From assembly GCA_019636245.1 (NCBI GenBank), contig JAHBXX010000007.1, positions 12,796-76,795 on the forward strand: DNA of 64,000 nt, read 5' to 3'. Shown in pieces: positions 8,481 through 16,440 of the stretch. The position numbers and the translations under genes were made by a program. Numbering within the stretch: the stretch's first letter is position 1; each line of letters opens with the position of its first letter. This DNA comes from Planctomycetota bacterium. GTDB lineage: Bacteria; Planctomycetota; UBA1135; UBA2386. The notes beneath the pieces are model-generated. The model was not told the origin of the DNA. It did not search any database and saw only the letters and a program-made list of their open reading frames with translations.

Positions 8481-10600
8481 ACGGTCCGCTGGTCTCGGTG
8501 GTCGTCGCCATCAGCGGGCCGGAAGCGCAGCCGCGCACCGTCGTCGAGGGCATCGGCAAGGCGCTGCACGCGGCCGGCTACCGCACCGAGTTCGTGGTCG
8601 TGCTGGACGGGCCGGCCGGCCGTTTCGGCGACGAGCTGCGCGAACTGGCGGCGCGTTGGACGCTGCACGTCGTGCAGCTCGAGGGCGGCGGCCTCGGCGA
8701 GTCGATCGCGCTGTCGGCCGGCGTGGCCAAGGCCCGCGGCGAGTACATCGTCAACGCGCCGCCGTACCTGCAGGTGGAGCCGGCCGAGATCGCCAAGGTC
8801 GTGGCGGCGCTGGAAGCCGGCGCCGACTGCGTCGCGACCTGGCGGCGGTCGCGCGTCGACCCGTGGCTGAACCAGCTGCAATCGAAGCTGTTCAACTGGC
8901 TGCTGCGGCTGATCATGAACGCGCCGTTCCACGACCTGAACTCCGGCACGCGCGGCTTCCGCCGCCACGTGCTCGAGGAGGTGGCGGTCTACGGCGAGCT
9001 CTACCGGTTCGTGCCGGTGCTGGCACGCCGCCAGGGCTTCCGCGTCGTCGAGGTCGAGGTGCGCCATCGCGAGGAGAAGGGCCGCGCCGGCTTCTACGGC
9101 ATCGGCGTCTACCTGCGGCGCCTGCTCGACATCCTGGCGATCACGTTCCTGACGCGGTTCACCCAGCGACCGCTGCGCTTCTTCGGCTACCTGGGTTTCG
9201 GCGCGATCGCCGTCGGCGCCCCGGTGGCGATGTGGTACCTGATCGAACGCCTGACCGTCGAGGGCGCGTCGCTGTCCGACAAGCCGGGCTTCGTCGTCGG
9301 CGCCATCCTGGCGGCGTTCGGCGTGCAGTTGATCGGCTTCGGCCTGATCGGCGAGATCATCATCTTCACGCAGTCGCCGAACCTGCGCGACTACAAGATC
9401 GAGGCCACGATCGAAGGCGGCGCCCAGACGGCGGCGCGGCCCGCCGGCGAAGCGGGCGCCGGCCAGGGCGCGCCCCCAGGTGCCGCGCCCGCGGCGGTGG
9501 CGCCGGCGGCGCCGGCCGAGCCCGAGCTGCCGCTGCGCGTGCGCGCGCTGCTGCCGGGCGAAGACTCGCGCTGGGACGCCTACGTCAGCCGCCATCCGCT
9601 CGGCACGCACTTCCACCGCAGCGGCTGGTCGCGCGTCGTTTCCGAGACCTTCCACCACGCGCCGCACCATCTGGTCGTCGAGCAGGGACGCCGCTGGCTG
9701 GGGGTGCTGCCGCTGTTCCTCGCCCGGAGCCCGTTCCTGGGGCGCAACCTGATCAGCGTGCCGTACGCCGTCTACGGCGGCGTGCTCGGCGACCACGAGG
9801 CGGCGCAGCGGGCCCTGATCGACCATGCGGCGGAGCTCGGCCGCGAACTCGGGGTCGGCTACGTCGAACTGCGGCACCTCGAGCCGCGTCCGGGCGAGCG
9901 GCTGCGGTCGCCGCTCTACGTGACGTTCCGCTGCGAACTGCCGAGCGATCCGGACGACGTGATGGCCCGCATCCCGAAGAAGGCCCGGGCCGAGGTCCGC
10001 TGCGCCCGCGACCCGGCCATGCCGGCCGTGGCCGGCAAGCGGCGCGAGTCGTTCGGCATCCGCGTCACCCCCGACGGCTCGGTGGAGGAGCTGTTCACCC
10101 TGTTCGCCGCCAACAAGCGCCGCCTCGGTTCGCCGTCGCTGCCCGCCCGCTGGTTCCAGGGGCTGGTCGACGAGTTCGGCAAGGCCGTCGTCATCCACCG
10201 CGCCGTCGAGCCCGGCGGGCGCACGCTCGCCGCGGTGATGTCCTTCTGCTTCAAGGACACCGTCTACGCCTACTACTCCGGTTCGCTCGACGACGTCGAA
10301 CGCACCGGCGTCAACAACTGGATCTACTGCGCGATCATGGAGTGGGCCGTGGCCCAGGGTTACCGGCGGTTCGACTTCGGCCGCAGCCGCATCGACTCGG
10401 GGCCGGCGCGCTTCAAGAAGAACATGGGCTTCCAGGCCGAGCCGCTGCACTACGAGTACGTGATGCTCGGCCGCCACGCCCACCTGCCGGACTTCCACCC
10501 CAGCAACCCGCGGCTCGATCTGCCGCGGCGCGCCTGGTCGCGCCTGCCGTTCTTCCTGACCAACTTCCTCGGCGCGCACCTGTCGCGCTACCTGCCGTGA
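8477..10600 (+). CDS. Fusion protein (707 aa): degenerate GT2-like domain + TM helices + FemAB-family (PEP-CTERM-locus type) aminoacyltransferase-like domain
   Basis: The internal ATG of ORF 8318..10600(+) at codon 54 overlaps the upstream stop as ATGA (8477-8480). The N-terminal half parallels the upstream GT2, but the motifs read VVAISGPE, VVLDGPAGRF and VNAPPYLQVEP. An Ala/Pro/Gly linker follows. The C-terminal half reads RWDAYV...HFHRSGW...LPLFLARSPFLGRNLISVPYAVYGGVL...YVELRH...FDFGRSRIDSGPARFKKNMGFQAEPLHYEY, which matches my recollection of FemAB-like proteins of exosortase/EPS loci. Confidence 0.8.
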   Translation: MNGPLVSVVVAISGPEAQPRTVVEGIGKALHAAGYRTEFVVVLDGPAGRFGDELRELAARWTLHVVQLEGGGLGESIALSAGVAKARGEYIVNAPPYLQVEPAEIAKVVAALEAGADCVATWRRSRVDPWLNQLQSKLFNWLLRLIMNAPFHDLNSGTRGFRRHVLEEVAVYGELYRFVPVLARRQGFRVVEVEVRHREEKGRAGFYGIGVYLRRLLDILAITFLTRFTQRPLRFFGYLGFGAIAVGAPVAMWYLIERLTVEGASLSDKPGFVVGAILAAFGVQLIGFGLIGEIIIFTQSPNLRDYKIEATIEGGAQTAARPAGEAGAGQGAPPGAAPAAVAPAAPAEPELPLRVRALLPGEDSRWDAYVSRHPLGTHFHRSGWSRVVSETFHHAPHHLVVEQGRRWLGVLPLFLARSPFLGRNLISVPYAVYGGVLGDHEAAQRALIDHAAELGRELGVGYVELRHLEPRPGERLRSPLYVTFRCELPSDPDDVMARIPKKARAEVRCARDPAMPAVAGKRRESFGIRVTPDGSVEELFTLFAANKRRLGSPSLPARWFQGLVDEFGKAVVIHRAVEPGGRTLAAVMSFCFKDTVYAYYSGSLDDVERTGVNNWIYCAIMEWAVAQGYRRFDFGRSRIDSGPARFKKNMGFQAEPLHYEYVMLGRHAHLPDFHPSNPRLDLPRRAWSRLPFFLTNFLGAHLSRYLP

Positions 10601-10851
10601 CGACGACGAAATCCGCTGCAACCGGCGGTCGCGGGCCCGCGCCGGTCGAGCCCACGCGCTGGTCCCTCGGCCTGGTCGGTTTCTACCTCAGCTGCGCCGG
10701 CGTCGCGCTCGGCGCCACGTTCGCCGCGTCGGGCTACTTGTTCTTCGGCTCGGTCGGCTGGCTGGTCTTCGGCAGCGTGCTGTCGCTCGTCTGCTGCGTC
10801 ACCTGCTTCCTGTCGCTGCAGGCGGCGCGCAAGCCGCCGGCGCCGCGCTGA
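10597..10851 (+). CDS. Hypothetical small membrane protein (84 aa, 2 predicted TM helices)
   Basis: The GTG at 10597 overlaps the FemAB-fusion stop as GTGA. Translation is VTTTKSAATGG...WSLGLVGFYLSCAGVALGATFAASGYLFFGSVGWLVFGSVLSLVCCVTCFLSL. G/C third positions are high. The ORF track shows it only as the tail of shadow ORF 8356..10851. Confidence 0.45.
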   Translation: MTTTKSAATGGRGPAPVEPTRWSLGLVGFYLSCAGVALGATFAASGYLFFGSVGWLVFGSVLSLVCCVTCFLSLQAARKPPAPR

Positions 10852-11415
10852 TCAGCGCCCGGCCAGCAGCCAGTCGACCGCCGCCGCGAGATCCGCTGCC
10901 TCGTGGTCGGGCGTGAAGCCGGCGCTGCGCAGGCGTTCGCGTTCGGCCGCCACCGGCTTGCCGCTGCGCACGTGGATCGTGGTCAGCGGCAGGCCGCGGG
11001 CCGGCAGCAGGTCGCGGGCGCTGTCGCCGATCAGCACGCTGCCCGCGAAGTCGACGCCGAGCAGGTCGTGGGCCTGGTGCAGCAGGCCGGGCGCCGGCTT
11101 GCGGCAGGTGCAGGCGCCGCCGTAGCCGTTGCCGGCGCCGACGTCGGGGTGGTGCGGGCAGTGCAGCCACGCCAGCGGCAGCCCGCCGAGCCGCTGCTGC
11201 AGCACCGCGTGGATGCGGGCGAGTCCGGCCTCGCCGAGGAAGCCGCGGGCGATGCCGCTCTGGTTGGTGACGACGACGAGCCGGAAGCCGGCGGCGTCCA
11301 GGCGGTGCAGAGCCTCGGCGGCGCCCGGCAGCACGTCGAGTTCGGCCGGCGACCGCACGAAGTCGACTTCGCGGTTCAGCGTGCCGTCGCGGTCGAGGAA
11401 CGCCGCCCGGGTCAC
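10852..11415 (-). CDS. gmhB: D-glycero-D-manno-heptose 1,7-bisphosphate phosphatase (HAD-IIIA)
   Basis: Lies inside ORF 10852..11625(-). The GTG at 11415 gives VTRAAFLDRDGTLN (DxDGT). Also VVTNQSGIARG, the Zn site CPHHP...CTCRKP and GDSARD. The start overlaps the upstream stop as GTGA. Confidence 0.8.
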   Translation of the reverse strand: MTRAAFLDRDGTLNREVDFVRSPAELDVLPGAAEALHRLDAAGFRLVVVTNQSGIARGFLGEAGLARIHAVLQQRLGGLPLAWLHCPHHPDVGAGNGYGGACTCRKPAPGLLHQAHDLLGVDFAGSVLIGDSARDLLPARGLPLTTIHVRSGKPVAAERERLRSAGFTPDHEAADLAAAVDWLLAGR

Positions 11416-11882
11416 TGCGGCGGGGCCTCGCGGGCGCCGGCGGTGCCCGCGGCGCGCGCGGCCAGGAGTTCGAAGCCGAGCAGCGGTTCGTCCTCGCGGT
11501 AGAGCTTGACGTAGACTTCGCCGGGCACCATCGCCCCGCGCACCGCGAACGGGAACACGAAGTCGCCGAAGGTCCAGAAGAACGGCAGCGGCGGCATCAC
11601 CGGGTCGTAGGCGCCGTCGATCCACTTCGAGGTGTAGCCCTCGGTGTACTGGTGGAAGCGCCGGACGGCGGGCCGATGGCCGGCGAGCCGTAGCTCGAGC
11701 ACGTGGTCGCGGCCGAAGCTGCCGCCGATCTGCAGTGCCGCCGGGGTCGTGTGGCCGGTGTCGATGCCGTCGATCAGGATGCGGGCGCCAGGCGGCTCGC
11801 TGGTGACCACGACCTGGGACTTGCTGGTGAACCAGGTGCAGGCGCTGGCGGCGAGCAGGCTCAGCACGGCGAACGGGCGCAT
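11412..11882 (-). CDS. PEGA-domain lipoprotein, 156 aa
   Basis: These are the last 156 codons of shadow ORF 11412..15707(-). Signal peptide plus lipobox is MRPFAVLSLLAASAC. The PEGA signature is VVVTSEPPGARILIDGIDTGHTTPAAL. Confidence 0.7.
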   Translation of the reverse strand: MRPFAVLSLLAASACTWFTSKSQVVVTSEPPGARILIDGIDTGHTTPAALQIGGSFGRDHVLELRLAGHRPAVRRFHQYTEGYTSKWIDGAYDPVMPPLPFFWTFGDFVFPFAVRGAMVPGEVYVKLYREDEPLLGFELLAARAAGTAGAREAPPQ

Positions 11883-12083
11883 GGTGCGGATGCTATCGGC
11901 AGGCAGGCTCGCGTGGCGACGGCCGGAGCGGGGGAGATCCTGACCTGGAGGCTTCGCCGGAGGGCGTAGATCCGGTAGCATCGTGCTTCTGTTGGGCGTC
12001 GTGGCGGCAGGTCGGCCGCAGCGGCGCGGATGTCGGTCGGAGCCTGGTCGGCTCTGCGGAGGATCATGCAAGATCGTCACACG

Positions 12084-13238
12084 ATGGGCACTGGTGCGGC
12101 AGCCCTGCGCCGGTGCGGTTCGCTCCTGATCGGAGTCCTGCTCGGGTCGCTGGGTGCCGCCGCCGGGGCGGCGGCGCAGGAACCGGCCGCGGGCGCGGTG
12201 CCGCCGGTCGAGGCCAAGGCCGGTCCGCAGCTGGCGCGTGTGGTCGCCGACCGCACCAGCCTGCGCTGCTGGCCGTCGACGGCCGCGGTGCCGCCGGTGT
12301 TCGAGGACGTGCTGACCAAGGACCAGGTGGTGGCGGTCGGTCGCAGCGAGAACGGTTTCCGCGAGATCCAGGCACCGCTGGGGCCGGTCGGCTACGTCAG
12401 CCGCAAGTTCGCCGAGGCCGACGCCGACGGCAAGGTGAAGACCAAGGGGGCGAAGGTGGCGTTCCGCTATCGGCCCCGCAGCAGCGAAGCCCCCGTGCTG
12501 CTGCTCGACGAGGGCACCGAAGTGCACGTGATCGCCGAGCAGGAGGACTGGTACCGCGGCCGGGTCGCGGGGGTCGAGGCCTGGGTCGCCGAGAGCGAGG
12601 TGCAGCTGCTCGACGCGCCGGACGCGGCGGCGTTGGCGGCCCACGAGGCCTGGCGGCAGCAGCAGGCGGCGGAGGTGTCGGCGCGGTTCGAGCAGATCGC
12701 CGCGCAGAAGCAGCTCGCCGCGCAGAACGCCGCGGATCTGGCCCAGGTCCAGGTCGTCGAGCAGGCGTTCGCCCAGGAACTGGCCAAGCCGGTCGCCGAG
12801 CAGCGCTTCGAGCCGATCGAGCAGGCGCTCGACCAGGTGGCGGCGCAGCTGGCCGCGGCCTCGGCGGCGCAGGCCAGCGTGCAGGCGCTGAAGAAGCGCA
12901 TCGAGACCCAGCGCTGGATCGCCGAGGCGACCGCGGTGGTGGAAAGCAAGCCGGCCCCGCTGCCCGCAATCCCGGCGCCGCCGAAGGACGAACTCGCCCG
13001 GTTCCAGTCGATCGGCTGGCTGCGCTACGAGCGCCGACTCGGCGGGCCCGGCATCTACTACCTCGAGAAGGGCGGCCGCCGGCAGTGCATGGTGTCGTGC
13101 AACACCGGCCGCTACGACCTGTCGCTGTTCGTCGATCGCGAGATCGGCATCAGCGGCCCGCGCCGGCACCCGGCCACCGAGACGCTGAGCGTGCTGGACG
13201 CGGAGCGGCTCGAAGTGCTCGGCAGCCCGCGGCCCTGA
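12084..13238 (+). CDS. Secreted protein with two SH3b-like modules and a long Ala/Gln-rich coiled coil
   Basis: ORF 12030..13238(+). The ATG at 12084 gives signal peptide MGTGAAALRRCGSLLIGVLLGSLGAAAGAAAQE (an alternative ATG lies at 12066). A repeated module reads '...V..G.....W.......G.GWV/YV'. The central heptad-like stretch is QQQAAEVSARFEQIAAQKQLAAQNAADLAQVQ. Confidence 0.6.
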   Translation: MGTGAAALRRCGSLLIGVLLGSLGAAAGAAAQEPAAGAVPPVEAKAGPQLARVVADRTSLRCWPSTAAVPPVFEDVLTKDQVVAVGRSENGFREIQAPLGPVGYVSRKFAEADADGKVKTKGAKVAFRYRPRSSEAPVLLLDEGTEVHVIAEQEDWYRGRVAGVEAWVAESEVQLLDAPDAAALAAHEAWRQQQAAEVSARFEQIAAQKQLAAQNAADLAQVQVVEQAFAQELAKPVAEQRFEPIEQALDQVAAQLAAASAAQASVQALKKRIETQRWIAEATAVVESKPAPLPAIPAPPKDELARFQSIGWLRYERRLGGPGIYYLEKGGRRQCMVSCNTGRYDLSLFVDREIGISGPRRHPATETLSVLDAERLEVLGSPRP

Positions 13239-13298
13239 CGCCGGTGGCGGCGGCGGTTCCGCCGCCGCGCCGCTCCGGCCGCAGGCCGTCGGCGCCGA

Positions 13299-14876
13299 AT
13301 GCCGAAAACCGGGGCGGTCCCCGTGCACCCGCCGTCCCTCCCCGTCCTGCTGTTGCGCCTGCTGCTGGCCGTGCTCGGCCCGGCGGTCGCCACGGCGGCG
13401 CAGTCGCCGGCGCCGGGCGGTGGTGGCGCGGTGCGTTCCCCGTGGCTGCAGCAAGGGGATGCCCTGCTCGAGCGCGAGGATCCGCTCGGCGCCTGGCAGG
13501 CGTTCCGGCGCGCCCGGCTCGACGACGCGCCGCTGCAGCCGACCCAGGTCGGGCTGGGCCGCACCCACCTGATGCTGGGCAACAGCGCCTTCGCGGTGAG
13601 CTACGCCGAGGCGGCGCTGCTCGCCGAGCCCGGCAGCCAGGAGGCGATGGCCCTGTGCATCCGGGCCCTGATCAGGGCCCGGGCGTTCGACGACGCCGTG
13701 GCGCGCGCCGGCGCCTTCGTCGCCCGCCTGCTCGATCCGGGGCCCGAACTGCTGGCGGCCCACGCCTCGGCCCTGTTCCGGGTCCAGCGCATCGACGACG
13801 CGGCCACCGCCTACCGGGACGTGCTGGCGCTGGACCCGATGCACGCCGAAGGCCACCTGCGCCTCGGTTCGGGCCTGCTGCCGCCGGTGGAGGTGCGCGT
13901 CGCGGACGATCTGCGCCGGGCCGTCGCCATCGCCGAGGCGGGCGACCACCGCGGCGCGATCGAGCTGCTGCGCCGGGTCCTGGTCCGCGAGCCGGGGCAT
14001 CCGATCGCCCACCGCCTGCTCGGGGAGTGGCTGCTGGCCGGGCGAACGGCGCAGAGCATGGCCGCCGCGGATCCCGCGTTCCGGGAACTGGCCGCTGCGG
14101 CGCCCCGGCCGGACGTGCGGCACCTGCCGGTCGCCCAGTTCGTGCGTGGCTACGAGCGCCTGCCGCCCGGGCGACGCGCCGTCGTCGATCGCACCGCCGC
14201 CCTGTTCGGCAGCCACCTCGGCCGGCTGGTGGCCATCGGCGGCCGCCACGACCTGCTGCTCGAACTCGAGCGCACGACCGACGCCGGCAGTCGCGCCAAC
14301 CTGCGCGGCCGCCGCACGTTCGACGGTCGCGTCTGGGACGACGTGCGCGGCGTCGGCGGCATCCAGGCCGCGACCGGCATCGAGGCGCTCGACGATGCCG
14401 CCAACTTCGGCTTCGACACGCTGGCGCACGAGGTCGCCCACCAGGTGCACCTCTACGTGTTCACGCCGCTGCAGCGGGCGAGGATCCGGGCCCTCTACCA
14501 GCAGGCCCTGGCCGAGGGGCGCTGCCTCGACTACTACGCCGCCAGCAACGAGGCCGAGTACTTCGGCCAGGGCATCGAGGCATTCGTCAGCCTCGGCAAG
14601 CGCCCGGGCGGCGAGACCACGCACGGGCACACCCGGTTCGAACTGGTCGCCGTCGACCCGGCGCTGCACGACTTCATCGCCGGCCTCGTCGACCACGACC
14701 CGCTGCAGCGGACGGGGGTGCGCGAGCGTCTGCTCGCCGCGGCGGTCGCCGTGGCGATCCGCTGCGGCCGGGCGGCGGAAGCCGTGACCGCCGCCGGCAT
14801 GATGAGCCCGGGGCCGGACCGCGAACGCCTGCTGGCCGCCGCGCGGGAGGCGGCGGAGCTGGCCCGCTGCCATTGA
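13299..14876 (+). CDS. Secreted TPR-repeat protein with a C-terminal HEXXH zinc-metallopeptidase-like domain
   Basis: ORF 13299..14876(+), 525 aa, with an N-terminal signal peptide. TPR-like repeats occupy the first half. FDTLAHEVAHQVH (HEXXH) is followed by NEAEYFGQGIEAF, reminiscent of ATLF-like/MA-clan peptidases. Confidence 0.65.
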   Translation: MPKTGAVPVHPPSLPVLLLRLLLAVLGPAVATAAQSPAPGGGGAVRSPWLQQGDALLEREDPLGAWQAFRRARLDDAPLQPTQVGLGRTHLMLGNSAFAVSYAEAALLAEPGSQEAMALCIRALIRARAFDDAVARAGAFVARLLDPGPELLAAHASALFRVQRIDDAATAYRDVLALDPMHAEGHLRLGSGLLPPVEVRVADDLRRAVAIAEAGDHRGAIELLRRVLVREPGHPIAHRLLGEWLLAGRTAQSMAAADPAFRELAAAAPRPDVRHLPVAQFVRGYERLPPGRRAVVDRTAALFGSHLGRLVAIGGRHDLLLELERTTDAGSRANLRGRRTFDGRVWDDVRGVGGIQAATGIEALDDAANFGFDTLAHEVAHQVHLYVFTPLQRARIRALYQQALAEGRCLDYYAASNEAEYFGQGIEAFVSLGKRPGGETTHGHTRFELVAVDPALHDFIAGLVDHDPLQRTGVRERLLAAAVAVAIRCGRAAEAVTAAGMMSPGPDRERLLAAAREAAELARCH

Positions 14877-14981
14877 CGGCCTCGCCGCCGCCCGCTGGCC
14901 TGGGCGGCGGCAGGCCCCGGTCGCGGTCGTGAGCGCGCTTCCTTGCCACCGTGGCGCCGCCCACGGCACCTGAGGCGTTGC

Positions 14982-15668
14982 ATGGACCACGAACGGCCTG
15001 GCGCCGCGCGGCACGGACCGCGCGAACGCATCCTGCAGCTCGGCGAGCCGCGCCTCAGCGACGCGGAATGCGTGGCGCTGATCTTGCGCACCGGAGCGCG
15101 CGGCGAGGCGGCCGAGCAGGTCGCTCAGCGGCTGCTGCGCCGGTTCCAGGGCCTGCCCGGCCTGGCCACGGCCAGCCTGCGGGAGCTGGCGGTCGAACGT
15201 GGCCTCGGCCCGGTGCGGGCGGCGGCGCTCGGGGCCGCGTTCGGCCTGGCGCGCCGCATCGGCGAGGCGGCGCTGCGGCCGGGCACCTCGATCCGCCACG
15301 GCGGCGACGTCGCCCGGGTGGTCCGCGACTCGGCGCGTGGGTCGCGGCGCGAGAGCTTCTTCGCCGTGCTGCTCGATGCGCGGCATCGCCTGCTGTCGCT
15401 GCAGGTCGTCAGCACCGGCGGCCTCGACGCCACCGCGGTGCATCCGCGCGAGGTGTTCTCGCCCGCGATCCGCGACGGCGCGGCCGCCGTCGTCGTCGCG
15501 CACAACCACCCGTCGGGCGATCCGGCCCCGAGCGTCGACGACCGCCTGGTCACCGAACGGCTGCGCGAGGCCGGTCGGCTGGTCGGCATCGACCTGCTCG
15601 ACCACATCGTCGTCGGCGCCGAGCGCTACTACAGCTTCGCCGAGGAGGCGTTCTTCCCGTTCGCCTGA
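14982..15668 (+). CDS. radC: RadC-family JAB/MPN domain protein
   Basis: ORF 14943..15668(+) begins with TTG; the ATG at 14982 is preferred. Has HhH-like N-terminal region LSDAECVALILRTG and the JAB motif VVAHNHPSGDPAPSVDD. Confidence 0.85.
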   Translation: MDHERPGAARHGPRERILQLGEPRLSDAECVALILRTGARGEAAEQVAQRLLRRFQGLPGLATASLRELAVERGLGPVRAAALGAAFGLARRIGEAALRPGTSIRHGGDVARVVRDSARGSRRESFFAVLLDARHRLLSLQVVSTGGLDATAVHPREVFSPAIRDGAAAVVVAHNHPSGDPAPSVDDRLVTERLREAGRLVGIDLLDHIVVGAERYYSFAEEAFFPFA

Positions 15669-15711
15669 GGCGCGCCGGGCCGGCGCCGCGCACTCCGGTG
15701 CGACCACCCGG

Positions 15712-16266
15712 TCAGCGCGCGGCGATGCGCTCGCCGGTGGCGAAGAACACGCCGCCCTTGCTGTGGTGGATCGTGCGCCTGCCGGCGGCCGGGAATCGCC
15801 ACTCGCCCGCGGCCCACAGTTCGTCGTCGGCCCATGCCGCCACGCACTCGAGCACGAACAGGTCGTGCGCCGACTGCAGCGCCGGCTCGGGGAGCACCCG
15901 GCACTCGAGCCAGCAGGCGCAGCCGGTGACCAGCGGCGCCGCGACCTTGGCCCCGGCCTCGGTGGCGATGCCGAAGCGCTCGAACTTGTCGCCGTCGCGG
16001 CCCGAGTTCGAGCCGACCGCGTAGGTGAGTCCGACCTGCGCCGTCGTCGGCGCCTGCAGCGCGCATTCGCCGGCCGCCTCGAGCAGTTCGCGGGTGAAGG
16101 TCCCGGCGGCGACGACCGCTGCGAACCGGGGCGGCTCGAAGTCGAGCGGCATCACCCAGGCGGCGGCCATCACGTTGCGGCGTGGGCCGTGCCGGGTCGT
16201 GACCAGCGTGGTCGGGCCGTGGTTGAGGAGCCGATGGGCGTGGCGCAGGGGGACGTCGATGCGCAT
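15712..16266 (-). CDS. Flavin reductase-like FMN-binding split-barrel protein, 184 aa
   Basis: These are the last 184 codons of shadow ORF 15712..18165(-). Sequence reads MRIDVPLRHAHRLLNHGPTTLVTT...NVMAAAWVMPLDFEPP...GSNSGRDGDKFERFG, typical of the flavin reductase domain family. Confidence 0.75.
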   Translation of the reverse strand: MRIDVPLRHAHRLLNHGPTTLVTTRHGPRRNVMAAAWVMPLDFEPPRFAAVVAAGTFTRELLEAAGECALQAPTTAQVGLTYAVGSNSGRDGDKFERFGIATEAGAKVAAPLVTGCACWLECRVLPEPALQSAHDLFVLECVAAWADDELWAAGEWRFPAAGRRTIHHSKGGVFFATGERIAAR

Positions 16267-16440
16267 GCGGGTGTGGGGGCGGCGGCGGCGCGGAGCGTAG
16301 CCGTGCGGCGGCCGGGGGCGACCGTCGCCCGCGGCCCGAGGCGCCGATCGGTCGTGCCGAGACCGGCCGCGGCGGCGGTCGACGGCGGGCCGTCGGTCCC
16401 GGGCGGGGCGCCGGGCTCGCCTTCGCCGTTGGCATGCGGT

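Noticed and set aside
14982-15668. RadC as a marker of an integrated mobile element or defence island.
   Set aside because: There is no integrase, transposase, tRNA attachment site, direct repeats or compositional shift nearby. The neighbours are ordinary chromosomal genes.
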